Assembly: GCF_016127575.1 (NCBI RefSeq)
Contig: NZ_CP066019.1
Location: forward strand, 630,001 to 662,000
Direction of reading: 5' to 3'
Source: Cupriavidus necator
Lineage (GTDB): Bacteria; Pseudomonadota; Gammaproteobacteria; Burkholderiales; Burkholderiaceae
Length of the DNA: 32,000 bases
Below, piece by piece: positions 7,391-16,657 of the stretch. Below the pieces are notes generated by a model, which saw only the letters and a program-made list of their open reading frames with translations, was not told the DNA's origin and did not search any database. The number at the start of each line of letters is the position of its first letter. The stretch's first letter is position 1. The translations under genes were made by a program, and so were the position numbers.

Positions 7391-8584
7391 GTGCATCACG
7401 ACAACAATCCCAAGGAACTGGCGGCACGGCTGATCGCGCGTGCCGAGCAGATGATTCCGGTGCTGGCCGAGCGCGCCGCGCAGGCCGAGGCCGAAGCGCG
7501 CATTCCCGCCGAGACCATTGCCGACATGCAGGCCGCGGGCTTCTTCAAGGTGCTGCAGCCCCGCCGCCACGGCGGCTACGAACTCGATCCGCAGACCTTC
7601 TTCCGCATCCAGATGGCGCTGGCCAAGGGCTGCATGTCCACCGCCTGGGTCTATGGCGTGGTCGGCGTGCACAACTGGCAGCTGGCACTGTTCGACGAGC
7701 GCGCGCAGCAGGAAGTGTGGGGCAGCAACCCTGCCACGCTGATCGCCTCGACCTATATGCCGGTGGGCAAGGTCACGCCGGTCGAAGACGGCTATCGCTT
7801 CTCCGGCCACTGGAAGTTCTCCAGCGGCAGCGAACTGTGCGACTGGATCTTCCTGGGCGGGCTGGTGCCGCCGGCCGAGCCGGGCGGCGCCTATGACTAC
7901 CGCACCTTCCTGCTGCCGCGCTCCGACTACAAGATCGTGCGCAACTGGGATGTGCTGGGCCTGCGCGCGACCGGCAGCCACGATATCGTGGTCGAGGACG
8001 TGTTCGTGCCCGAGTACCGCACCCACCGCGCCGTCGATGGCGCCATGGGCACCAGCCCGGGGCTGGCGGTCAATGACGTTCCGCTGTACCGGCTGCCGTT
8101 CGCGCAGATCTTCGTGCGCGCGGTGTGCACCGCCTGCATCGGCGCGCTGGAAGGCACGCTCGATGACTTTGTCGCCTATGCCGACGGCCGCGTCAGCAGC
8201 AACGGTGGCGGAAAGACCGCGGAAGACGGCGGCGCGCAGATGGCTTGCGCCAACGCGCAGGTCGCCATCGACGAGATGCGGACCATCCTTGAGCGCAATT
8301 TCGACGAGCTGCTGGCCGTTGCGCGTGAAGGCGGCCAGGTGCAGACCCCGCGCCGCCTGCATTTCCGCTACCAGTCCGCGCAAGTGGCCGAGCGCTGCGC
8401 GCAGCTGGCCAACGGCCTGCTGCGCTATGCCGGCGGCAACGGCATCTACCGCAGCAACCCGATGGTGCGCCGCTTCCTCGACCTGCATGCGGCCCGCGCC
8501 CACTACGCCAACAACCTGGACCGCTTCGGCCAGAACCTGGGCGGCGTGATGATGGGCCGCGCCAACACTGACTTCTTCATTTGA
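7391..8584 (+). CDS. hsaA: acyl-CoA dehydrogenase-fold flavin-dependent monooxygenase, oxygenase component (HsaA/TesA1-like)
   Basis: I chose the GTG start at 7391, preceded by AAGGAGAC with a 6-nt spacer. 397 aa. The block LQPRRHGGYELDPQTFFRIQMALAKGCMSTAWVYGVVGVHNWQLALFDERAQQEVWG closely resembles Mtb HsaA as I recall it. Confidence 0.85.
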   Translation: MHHDNNPKELAARLIARAEQMIPVLAERAAQAEAEARIPAETIADMQAAGFFKVLQPRRHGGYELDPQTFFRIQMALAKGCMSTAWVYGVVGVHNWQLALFDERAQQEVWGSNPATLIASTYMPVGKVTPVEDGYRFSGHWKFSSGSELCDWIFLGGLVPPAEPGGAYDYRTFLLPRSDYKIVRNWDVLGLRATGSHDIVVEDVFVPEYRTHRAVDGAMGTSPGLAVNDVPLYRLPFAQIFVRAVCTACIGALEGTLDDFVAYADGRVSSNGGGKTAEDGGAQMACANAQVAIDEMRTILERNFDELLAVAREGGQVQTPRRLHFRYQSAQVAERCAQLANGLLRYAGGNGIYRSNPMVRRFLDLHAARAHYANNLDRFGQNLGGVMMGRANTDFFI

Positions 8585-8609
8585 GCCGCGCGCCGCACGG
8601 AGATCCAAT

Positions 8610-10364
8610 ATGAGCCAGAGCAGAGCGCGCATGCAGCCCAGCGAGTTCGACGTGGTGGTGGTCGGCTCGGGCGCCGGCGGCATGCTGGCCGCCTGCCGCG
8701 CCGCGGACCGCGGACTGTCGGTGGTGGTGCTGGAAAAGAGCAGCCAGTACGGCGGCACCTCGGCGGTGTCCGGCGGCGGCATCTGGATTCCGCTCAACCA
8801 CCATATCGCGCCGGCGGGCGGGCGCGACGACTACGCCACGGCGCTGGAATACATCCTGGCGTGCGCCGGCGAGCACGGCGATCCACAGCGCGTGCGCGCC
8901 TATCTTGAGCAGGCGCCCCGCATGCTCCAGTACCTGGAGCAGCAGGCCGGCGTGCGTTACTACACGCTGCCGCGCTACGCGGACTACTTCCAGAAGGTTC
9001 CGGGCGCGATGCCGGGCTACCGCGCGCTCGACCCGATGCCGTTCGACGGCGCGCAGCTGCGCGAGGAATTCGCACGGCTGCGGCCGCCGTCGCCGGGCAC
9101 GCTGGTGGGCGGGCGCGTGGCCGTGACCTCGGCCGAGGCGCATGCGCTGCTGTGCCGCGCGCCCGGCTGGCTGGGCCTGGCGGTGCGCCAGTTTGCCCGC
9201 TACTGGCTGGACCTGGGCTGGCGCCGCAAGACCCGGCGCGACCGCCGGCTCACGCTCGGCAACAGCCTGGTCGGCGGCCTGCGGCGGGCCATGATGGACC
9301 GCGCGATTCCGCTGTGGCTCGACACCGCGCTGCAGGACCTGATCGTCGAGGATGGCACCGTGCGCGGCGTGCGCGCGGTGCAGGACGGGCGCGTGGTGGA
9401 GATCCGCGCGCTGCGCGGCGTGATCCTGGCCGCCGGCGGCTTCGAGCGCAACCAGGCCATGCGCGAACAGTACCTGCCGCAGCCGACCCAGGCCGCCTGG
9501 AGCGCGACCCCGCCCAACAACACCGGTGACGGCATCCGCGCCGCCCAGGCCGCCGGCGCCGGCGTGGCGCTGATGTCCCACGTCTGGGGCGCACCCACCG
9601 TGCATGTGCAGGGCGAGGAAAAGCAGCGCGCGCTCTTTATCGAGCGCGCCATGCCCGGCTGCCTGGTGGTGAACGGGCAGGGCCGGCGCTTCGTCAACGA
9701 GGCCGCGCCGTATTCCGAGTTCGTTCCCGCCATGTACCGCGACCACGAGAAAACCGGCAGCAGCGTGCCGGCGTGGATGGTGTTCGACGCCGCCTTCCGC
9801 CACAAATATCCGTGCGGGCCGATCCTGCCCGGCTCGGTCATGCCGGACCGCAGCATTCCGGCAAGCCTGTCCGGCATCCTGGTGCGCGCCGACTCGCTGG
9901 CGCAGCTGGCGCAGCGGATCGGTGTCGATGCCGGCGGCCTGGCCGACAGCGTGGCGCGCATGAACCACTATGCTGCCACCGGCGTGGACGAGGAGTTCGG
10001 CAAGGGCGACAACCTGTTCGATACCTACTACAGCGACCCGGCAGTGCGGCCCAACCCGTGCCTGGCGCCGATCGGCAAGGCGCCGTTCTACGCCGTGCGC
10101 ATCGATGCCGGCGACATCGGCACCAAGGGCGGCCTGGTGACGGACGCCAGCGCGCGCGTGCTGCGCGACGACGGCAGCGCCATTGCCGGGCTGTTCGCCA
10201 TCGGCAATACCAGTGCCTCGATGATGGGCACCAGCTATCCCGGCGCGGGCTCGACACTGGGCCCGGCCATGACCTTCGGCTTTATCGCTGCCGACGTGCT
10301 CTCTCAGAACGCGCGCCAGCCTGCCGCCGCGCCCCATGCTCAAACCGTACAGGAGGCCCTATGA
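8610..10364 (+). CDS. kstD: FAD-binding 3-oxosteroid 1-dehydrogenase (KstD/TesH-like)
   Basis: 584 aa with a GGAG RBS 7 nt upstream. It has DVVVVGSGAGG (FAD) and the blocks GGGIWIPLN, RRKTRRDRRLT, AGGFERNQAMREQYL, VPAWMVFDAAFR, GDIGTKGGL and GAGSTLGPAMTFGF. These match the C. testosteroni enzyme as recalled. Confidence 0.88.
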   Translation: MSQSRARMQPSEFDVVVVGSGAGGMLAACRAADRGLSVVVLEKSSQYGGTSAVSGGGIWIPLNHHIAPAGGRDDYATALEYILACAGEHGDPQRVRAYLEQAPRMLQYLEQQAGVRYYTLPRYADYFQKVPGAMPGYRALDPMPFDGAQLREEFARLRPPSPGTLVGGRVAVTSAEAHALLCRAPGWLGLAVRQFARYWLDLGWRRKTRRDRRLTLGNSLVGGLRRAMMDRAIPLWLDTALQDLIVEDGTVRGVRAVQDGRVVEIRALRGVILAAGGFERNQAMREQYLPQPTQAAWSATPPNNTGDGIRAAQAAGAGVALMSHVWGAPTVHVQGEEKQRALFIERAMPGCLVVNGQGRRFVNEAAPYSEFVPAMYRDHEKTGSSVPAWMVFDAAFRHKYPCGPILPGSVMPDRSIPASLSGILVRADSLAQLAQRIGVDAGGLADSVARMNHYAATGVDEEFGKGDNLFDTYYSDPAVRPNPCLAPIGKAPFYAVRIDAGDIGTKGGLVTDASARVLRDDGSAIAGLFAIGNTSASMMGTSYPGAGSTLGPAMTFGFIAADVLSQNARQPAAAPHAQTVQEAL

Positions 10365-10885
10365 GCGCCAACCCCGAACCCAGCACCGCGCTGCGCGAAG
10401 ACATGCTGATGGCGATGCGCCGCATGGCGCGCTCGGTGGCGGTGATCAGCTGCCGCCATGGCGAGCGCCGCTATTCGATGTCCGTGACCGCGGTCGATTC
10501 GCTGTCCGCGGACCCGCCTTCGCTGCTGATCTGCATCAACCGCAATTCTTCGATCTACCCGCCGCTGGATGCCGGCGCGGACTTCTGCATCAACCTGCTG
10601 GCAGCCGACCACCGCGATATCGCAGTGGATTGCAGCGGCCGGCTCAAGGGCGAGGAACGCTTCACCAGTGGCGAGTGGGAGGACGATCTGCTCGGCGTGC
10701 CGTGCCTGCGCGATGCCCAGGCGAACCTGGTGTGCCAGCAGGATGGCCGCTTCGACTACGGCACGCACGCGGTCTTCATCGGACGCCTGCGCGAGGTAAA
10801 GCTGGCTGGCGAGGTGTCGCCGCTGGTCTATGTCGATGGTGCCTACACCACGTCCGCGCCGCTTGGCGCACTGTGTTCGGCCTAA
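10361..10885 (+). CDS. hsaB: flavin reductase family protein (HsaB/TesA2-like)
   Basis: The start overlaps the kstD stop (ATGA at 10361-10364) and follows an AGGAGG RBS. 174 aa, flavin_reduct-type sequence (MRRMARSVAVISCRHGERRYSMSVTAVDSLSADPPSLLICINRNS). Confidence 0.85.
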   Translation: MSANPEPSTALREDMLMAMRRMARSVAVISCRHGERRYSMSVTAVDSLSADPPSLLICINRNSSIYPPLDAGADFCINLLAADHRDIAVDCSGRLKGEERFTSGEWEDDLLGVPCLRDAQANLVCQQDGRFDYGTHAVFIGRLREVKLAGEVSPLVYVDGAYTTSAPLGALCSA

Positions 10886-10904
10886 GCCGGGAGCGCAAGC
10901 CAGC

Positions 10905-12611
10905 ATGTACCCTCCGACCGATTCCGCCACGCCGGTCCACGCGCCGCTGCGCCTCGACGATCCGGACGCACACCCGTGGCAGGCCGCCTGCGATGCCGTG
11001 GTGGTGGGCTTCGGCGCCGCCGGGGCCTGCGCCGCGCTGGAGGCCGCGCATGGCGGCGCGCGCGTGATCGTTGCGGAACGCTTCGAAGGCGGGGGCGCCA
11101 GCGCCAAGAGCGGCGGGGTGGTCTACGCCGGCGGCGGCACGCCCTACCAGTCTGCCGCGGGCTATGCCGATACACCGCAGGCGATGGCGGACTACCTGCG
11201 CCAGGAGACGGGCGGGGTCGTCAGCGATGCCACGCTGCAGGCGTTCTGTCAGCGCAGCCGCGAGATGATCGGCTGGCTTGAAGGCCTGGGCGTGGGCTTT
11301 GCCGCCACCGTGCCGCCGCGCAAGACCTCGTATCCGGCGCAGCCCTACTACCTCTACTACTCCGGCAACGAAGCGGTCGCCGCCTACGCGCAGCATGCCG
11401 CGCCCGCGCCGCGCGGTCACCGCGTGAAAGGCCCCGGCATGTCCGGCCGCACGCTGTACGCCGTCCTGCGCGCCGCCGTGCAGGCCCGGCCGGAGGTGAC
11501 GGTGATGCGCCAGACCGCGGCAAGGCGGCTGATTCTCGACCAGGACGGCGCGGTCGTCGGCATCGAGCTGTGGCAGCTGCCGCCGGGCCGCCACCAGAAA
11601 CGCCACGCCCGCCTGGCGCGCCTGGCCGAGCGCCTGCACAACGTAGCGCCTGCGCTGGCCGACCTGCTGCGCGAGCGCGTGCTGCAACTGGAACTGCGCC
11701 ATGCGCGCCCGGTCGCGGTGCGCACCGGCGCGGTGGTGCTGGCCACCGGCGGCTTTATCTTCAACCGCGCCATGGTGGCGCGCCACGCCGGCAAATACCT
11801 GCAGAACTGGCGCCTTGGCGCGACCGGCTGCGACGGCAGCGGCATCCGCCTTGGTGAGTCGGCGGGCGCGGCCACGCGGCACCTGGAGCGGGTCTCGGCA
11901 TGGCGCTTCATCAATCCGCCGTTCGACTGGGCGCGCGGCTGCGTGGTCGATGCGCAGGGTGCGCGCATCGCCAACGAGGAAACCTACGGCGCCACCCTTG
12001 GCCACGCCATCTGCGAACAGCACGGCGGGCGGGCCTGGCTGGTCCTGAACCGCGAACTGGCGCGCGCCGCGCTGCGTGAATGCCTGGGCGGCCGGCTGTG
12101 GGCCTTCCAGGCCTTGCCCGCGGCGCTGCTGATGCTGGCGGGGGCGCGGCGTGCCTCCAGCCTCGAAGCGCTTGCCGGCAAGCTGGGCATGCCCGGCGCG
12201 GCGCTGCGGGCCACCGTCGATGCCTATAACGCCGCGGCCCGCGGCGAGATCCCGGATCCGGCCGGCAAATCGGCGCCGATGTGCGCGTCGCTCGAAACCG
12301 GGCCGTGGCTTGCCATCGACATCTCGGCCAACAGCCGCGTCTTTCCGTGCCCTGCCATCACGCTGGGCGGATTGTCGGTGGAAGAGTCCAGCGGCCGTGT
12401 ACTGGCCGCCGCTGGCGGGGCGCCCATTCCAGGGCTCTACGCCGTGGGCCGCACTGCCGTTGGCATCGCATCCAACCATTACGTAAGCGGCCTGTCGCTT
12501 GCCGACTGCATCTGGTCGGGGCGCAACGCGGGCCGCCATCTGACACGACAGCCTGCCGGCGACCGGCAGGCACACACCAACGAGGAGACCACCCATGAGC
12601 CAACGTACTGA
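10905..12611 (+). CDS. FAD-binding dehydrogenase of the KstD/fumarate-reductase flavoprotein family; candidate 3-oxo-5alpha-steroid 4-dehydrogenase (TesI position)
   Basis: Start trimmed to MYPPTDS at 10905. It has AVVVGFGAAGACAA (FAD) and GLYAVGRTA near the C-terminus. The specific function is inferred only from family and position beside kstD and hsaB. Confidence 0.75.
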   Translation: MYPPTDSATPVHAPLRLDDPDAHPWQAACDAVVVGFGAAGACAALEAAHGGARVIVAERFEGGGASAKSGGVVYAGGGTPYQSAAGYADTPQAMADYLRQETGGVVSDATLQAFCQRSREMIGWLEGLGVGFAATVPPRKTSYPAQPYYLYYSGNEAVAAYAQHAAPAPRGHRVKGPGMSGRTLYAVLRAAVQARPEVTVMRQTAARRLILDQDGAVVGIELWQLPPGRHQKRHARLARLAERLHNVAPALADLLRERVLQLELRHARPVAVRTGAVVLATGGFIFNRAMVARHAGKYLQNWRLGATGCDGSGIRLGESAGAATRHLERVSAWRFINPPFDWARGCVVDAQGARIANEETYGATLGHAICEQHGGRAWLVLNRELARAALRECLGGRLWAFQALPAALLMLAGARRASSLEALAGKLGMPGAALRATVDAYNAAARGEIPDPAGKSAPMCASLETGPWLAIDISANSRVFPCPAITLGGLSVEESSGRVLAAAGGAPIPGLYAVGRTAVGIASNHYVSGLSLADCIWSGRNAGRHLTRQPAGDRQAHTNEETTHEPTY

Positions 12612-13359
12612 AGGAAAGATCGCCATCGTCACCGGGGCCGCCAGCGGCGTCGGCAAGGAAGACGCGCTGCTGCTGGCGCGCGAGGGCGCGCGCGTGGTGC
12701 TGACCGACCTCAACGAGGAGGCGGGCCATGCGTTGGCGCGCGAGATCGGCGAGACCGCGCTGTTCGTGCCGCATGACATCGCCAGCGAAGCCGGCTGGCA
12801 GCAGGTAATGGCGCGCACCGAAAAGCAATTCGGCGCCCCCAGCGTGCTGGTCAACAATGCCGCCATCCTGTTGCTGGGTTCGGTCGAGGACGCCACGCTG
12901 GAGCAATGGCAGCGCGTGATGCGCATCAATGCCGACGGCTACTTCCTCGGCTGCAAGTACGGCGTGGCCGCGATGAAGGCGGGCGGCGGCAGCATCGTCA
13001 ATATGTCGTCGGTGGCGGCGCTGGGCGGCATGGGCGCGTTCTGCGCCTACAGCGCGAGCAAGGGCGCGGTGGCTGCGCTCACGCGCGCGGTGGCGGGGCA
13101 CTGCAAGCAGAGCGGCTACCGGATCCGCTGCAACTCGATCCACCCGGACGGCATCCTTACGCCGATGACCGCGGCCTTCCTGCCGGGCGGTGCCACGGCC
13201 CTGCCGGAGGAGGTGGGTGGCGCCGAGCCGATGCAGCGCATGTGCCATCCGCGCGACGTGGCCAACCTGGTGCTGTTCCTGGCCTCCGACGAATCGCGCT
13301 TTATCAACGGTGCGGAACTGCGTATCGACAACGCGCAGACCATCATGGGCGTGGCCTGA
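12595..13359 (+). CDS. SDR family oxidoreductase, 3beta/17beta-hydroxysteroid dehydrogenase-like (paralog 1)
   Basis: RBS GAGGAGA. 254 aa with TGAASGVGK, NNAA and YSASK. The blocks FVPHDIASEAGW, GYRIRCNSIHPDGILTPM and LVLFLASDES resemble C. testosteroni 3beta/17beta-HSD as recalled. Confidence 0.85.
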   Translation: MSQRTEGKIAIVTGAASGVGKEDALLLAREGARVVLTDLNEEAGHALAREIGETALFVPHDIASEAGWQQVMARTEKQFGAPSVLVNNAAILLLGSVEDATLEQWQRVMRINADGYFLGCKYGVAAMKAGGGSIVNMSSVAALGGMGAFCAYSASKGAVAALTRAVAGHCKQSGYRIRCNSIHPDGILTPMTAAFLPGGATALPEEVGGAEPMQRMCHPRDVANLVLFLASDESRFINGAELRIDNAQTIMGVA

Positions 13360-13387
13360 CCCCGCCCTCAAGCAATAGAAGGACATC

Positions 13388-14455
13388 ATGGCGCCAGTGC
13401 AATTCCACCGGCTGCAGATCGCCGAAGTCGTCACGGAAACGGACCAGGCGCATTCGCTGGTATTCGCGCTGCCGGACGGCCTGCGCGATGCGTTTGCCTA
13501 CCGTCCCGGGCAGTTCCTGACCCTGCGCGTGCCCGTGGACGGCGTGCCGCTGCAGCGCTGCTATTCGCTGTCGAGCACGCCTGAGGTGGACAACGCCCTG
13601 CGCGTGACGATCAAGCGCGTGCAGAGCGGGCGCGTGTCCAACTGGATCTGCGACCACCTGGGCGCGGGCGATACGGTCGAGGTAATGCCGCCCGCCGGGG
13701 TGTTCACCCCGCCCGCGCTGCATGGCGATTTCCTGCTGCTGGCCGGCGGCAGCGGCATCACCCCGGTGCTGTCGATCGCCAAGGCGGCGCTGCGCCACGG
13801 GCGCGGCGCGGTCACGCTGGTCTATGCCAACCGCGACGAGCGCTCCATCATCTTCCGCGAGGCGCTTGCGGAACTGGCGCGCAACCACCCCGGCCGGCTG
13901 CGCGTGATCCACTGGTTGGACAGCGTGCAGGGGCCGCCCACGCAGCGCCAGATCGAGGAACTGGTGCGGCCGTGGAGCATGGCGCAATGCTTTGTCTGCG
14001 GGCCCGGCCCGTTCATGGACGGCGCCCAGGCCGCGCTTCAGGCCCTGGGGGTGCCGCGCGGGCAACTGCACGTCGAGCGCTTCGTGTCCTTGCCCGATGT
14101 GCCGGCGGCCAAGGCACCGGCAAGCGGGGCCGCCAGCGCGGGGGACACCGCCACGGCATCGCCCGCGCCCGCGATGCGCGGCGCCGCACTGACCGTGCAG
14201 CTCGACGGCGAGATCCACCACGTCGGCGTGGCGCTGGACGAAACCGTGCTCGACGCGTTGCAGCGCGCCGGCGTGGCCGCGCCCAATTCCTGCCGCGCCG
14301 GGCTGTGCGGCGCCTGCATGTGCCAGGTGACGCAGGGCGACGTGACGCTCGGCGAGAACCATGTGCTCGACCGCGCCGACCTGGAGGCGGGCTGGACCCT
14401 GGCTTGCCAGGCCCGCCCGTCCAGCGCCGAAATCCACCTGAAGTTCCCGGATTGA
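13388..14455 (+). CDS. ferredoxin-NAD(P) reductase with C-terminal plant-type 2Fe-2S domain (KshB/PaaE-like oxygenase reductase)
   Basis: RBS AGAAGGA. 355 aa. It has an RCYSLSS flavin-binding motif, GGSGITP for NAD binding, and the cluster motif CRAGLCGACMC. Confidence 0.85.
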   Translation: MAPVQFHRLQIAEVVTETDQAHSLVFALPDGLRDAFAYRPGQFLTLRVPVDGVPLQRCYSLSSTPEVDNALRVTIKRVQSGRVSNWICDHLGAGDTVEVMPPAGVFTPPALHGDFLLLAGGSGITPVLSIAKAALRHGRGAVTLVYANRDERSIIFREALAELARNHPGRLRVIHWLDSVQGPPTQRQIEELVRPWSMAQCFVCGPGPFMDGAQAALQALGVPRGQLHVERFVSLPDVPAAKAPASGAASAGDTATASPAPAMRGAALTVQLDGEIHHVGVALDETVLDALQRAGVAAPNSCRAGLCGACMCQVTQGDVTLGENHVLDRADLEAGWTLACQARPSSAEIHLKFPD

Positions 14456-14456
14456 C

Positions 14457-16097
14457 ATGACCCCATCTGACATCATCGACGCCATTGCGGCACCGGCCGG
14501 CCTCGACCTCGACCTCGCCGCCGCCAACGACGACATTGCCGCGACCATTCCCGAGCTGGTGCGGCGCGCGGCCAGGCGCCACGGCGAGCGCATCGCCATC
14601 CAGGAGGACGGGCTGCGCCTCACCTACGCCGCGCTCGACGCCAGCCGGATACAGGCGGCCCGGGCGCTGATGGCGCTGGGCGTGCAGCCCGGCGACCGGG
14701 TTGCCATCTGGGCGCCGAACTTCTCCGAATGGATCATCGCGGCGCTGGCCACGCACAGCATAGGCGCGGCGCTGGTGCCGCTCAACACGCGCATGAAGGG
14801 GGCCGAGGCCGGCGCCGTGCTGGCCGACAGCGGCGCGCGCCTGCTGCTCTGCGTCGACGCTTTCCTCGGCGAAAGCTATCCGCAGATGCTGGCGCCACAC
14901 CGCCCCGCCACGCTGGAGCGGCTGGTGATCCTGCGCCCCGGGCAGGGCCGGACGCCCGGCCCCGACGAGCTGGCCTGGGAAGCCTTCCTCGCGCTGGCGC
15001 CACAGGCGGACATGGCGGCGTTCGCCAAGCGCGAGGACGGGGTGCGCGGCGACACGCTGATGGACATCATGTTCACCTCGGGCACCACCGGGCGTCCCAA
15101 GGGCGTGATGACCGCCCACGCGCAGAACCTGCGTGCCGTCGACGGCTGGGCCGCCATCACCGGGGTGCGGCCGGGCGACCGCTACCTGATCGTCAATCCG
15201 TTCTTCCATACCTTTGGCTACAAGGCCGGATGGCTCGCCGCGCTGTCGCGCGGGGCTACGGTGCTGCCCCACCTGGTGTTCGACGCCGAGGCCGTGATGA
15301 CGCGCGTGGAGAACGAGCGCATCACGGTGCTGCCCGGGCCGCCGACGCTCTACCAGACCCTGCTTAACGCGCCGCGCCTGCGTGAGTTCGACCTGTCGTC
15401 GCTGCGTGTCGCGGTGACCGGTGCCTCGGCGATCGCGCCCGCGCTGATCCAGCGCATGCGCGACGAACTGGGCTTCGACACCATCATCACCGGCTACGGC
15501 CTGACCGAGTCGTGCGGCTTTGCCACGCTGACCCGCGCCGGCGACGACGCCGAAACCGTCGCCGCCACCTCCGGCCGCGCCATGCCGGGCATCGAGATCC
15601 GCTGCATCGATGGGCAGGGGCAGCCGGCCGCCACCGGCGAGGCGGGCGAGGTGCTGGTGCGGGGCTACAACGTGATGCAGGGCTACTTCGGCCTGCCCGA
15701 AGCCACCGCCGAAGCCATCGACAGCGAAGGCTGGCTGCATACCGGCGATGTCGGCACGCTCGATGCGCGCGGCTACCTGCGCATCACCGACCGCATCAAG
15801 GACATGTTTATCGTGGGCGGCTTCAACTGCTATCCGGCGGAGGTGGAGAAGCTGCTGGTGGCGCATCCGGCCGTGGCCCAGGTGGCGGTAGTGGGCATCC
15901 CGCACGAGCGGCTCGGTGAAGTGGGGCGTGCCTACGTGGTGCTGCGCCACGGCGCGCGCGTGGACGCCGAAGCCCTGATCGCCTGGGCGCGCCGGCACAT
16001 GGCCAACTACAAGGTGCCGCGCGAGGTGCTGTTCGTGACGTCGCTGCCGGTCAGCGCGGCAGGCAAGGTGTTGAAGTACCAGTTGCGTGAAGCCTGA
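14457..16097 (+). CDS. AMP-dependent acyl-CoA synthetase/ligase (FadD3/ScdA-like candidate)
   Basis: 546 aa. The ATG lies 1 nt after the upstream stop. The AMP-binding motif is IMFTSGTTGRPKGV, and GYGLTES and YLRITDRIKDMFIVGGFNCYP are also present. Confidence 0.88.
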   Translation: MTPSDIIDAIAAPAGLDLDLAAANDDIAATIPELVRRAARRHGERIAIQEDGLRLTYAALDASRIQAARALMALGVQPGDRVAIWAPNFSEWIIAALATHSIGAALVPLNTRMKGAEAGAVLADSGARLLLCVDAFLGESYPQMLAPHRPATLERLVILRPGQGRTPGPDELAWEAFLALAPQADMAAFAKREDGVRGDTLMDIMFTSGTTGRPKGVMTAHAQNLRAVDGWAAITGVRPGDRYLIVNPFFHTFGYKAGWLAALSRGATVLPHLVFDAEAVMTRVENERITVLPGPPTLYQTLLNAPRLREFDLSSLRVAVTGASAIAPALIQRMRDELGFDTIITGYGLTESCGFATLTRAGDDAETVAATSGRAMPGIEIRCIDGQGQPAATGEAGEVLVRGYNVMQGYFGLPEATAEAIDSEGWLHTGDVGTLDARGYLRITDRIKDMFIVGGFNCYPAEVEKLLVAHPAVAQVAVVGIPHERLGEVGRAYVVLRHGARVDAEALIAWARRHMANYKVPREVLFVTSLPVSAAGKVLKYQLREA

Positions 16098-16114
16098 TGA
16101 ACAAGGAACCGATC

Positions 16115-16561
16115 ATGACCGACATTGCCGCCATTGCCGACCGCGTCGCGCGGCTGGAAGCCGCGGAGGCGATCCGCGCGCTCAAGCTGCGCTACCTGCG
16201 CGCTTGCGATGACAAGGACCCTGACGCGATGCGCGCCTGTTTCGTGCCGGACAACGCGCATATCCACTATGACCGGATCGGCAGCTTTGCCGGGCGCGAG
16301 GCACTGGTGCAGTGCTTTGCGGAACTGGCGTGCCGGCCGACGCTGCGGGAGATGCATTTTGCGGGGCAGGGGGATATCCGTGTGCTGGATGACAATCTGG
16401 CGCAGGGCAGCTGGGATCTGGCCTACCTGGCGCTGGATGATGCCAGTGGTTCGCGTACCTTTCTAACGGGACGTTATGCGGATGAGTATGTGCGGATCGA
16501 TGGTGCGTGGCTGATTCGCTCGACGATGTTCACGACGGGGTTGGTGTCGCAGGGAGGGTAG
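16115..16561 (+). CDS. nuclear transport factor 2 / SnoaL-like protein (BaiE-like fold)
   Basis: I preferred ATG 16115, with AAGGA 7 nt upstream. The alternative ATG 16097 overlaps the ligase stop (TGATG). It has Y-x4-D (RYLRACD) and a downstream MH, as in SnoaL_4/BaiE-type proteins. Confidence 0.75.
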   Translation: MTDIAAIADRVARLEAAEAIRALKLRYLRACDDKDPDAMRACFVPDNAHIHYDRIGSFAGREALVQCFAELACRPTLREMHFAGQGDIRVLDDNLAQGSWDLAYLALDDASGSRTFLTGRYADEYVRIDGAWLIRSTMFTTGLVSQGG

Positions 16562-16577
16562 GAGGCCGCGCTTGTTT

Positions 16578-16624
16578 GCACCCCTTTCCCGCTTGCGGGA
16601 GAGGGGTGCGCATGCGAGAGGTGG
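16578..16624. repeat. REP-like palindromic element, copy 2
   Basis: Inverted repeat CACCCCTTTCCCGC-tt-GCGGGAGAGGGGTG, a 14-bp stem with one G-T pair, then GCGAGAGGTGG. It lies between convergent genes (stops at 16561 and 16658). Confidence 0.7.
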
Positions 16625-16657
16625 TGGCAATTTCCAACGCTCGCGCGCGCCCAATTC

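Noticed and set aside
7352-15998. Very long antisense ORFs (7352-8797, 8577-10343, 10776-12929 and 14013-15998, all minus strand; 481-717 aa)
   Set aside because: They mirror well-supported plus-strand genes. Their translations are Arg/Ala/Gly/Pro/His-rich low-complexity strings with no recognisable motifs and no RBS. This is typical shadow-ORF behaviour in DNA of about 67% GC.
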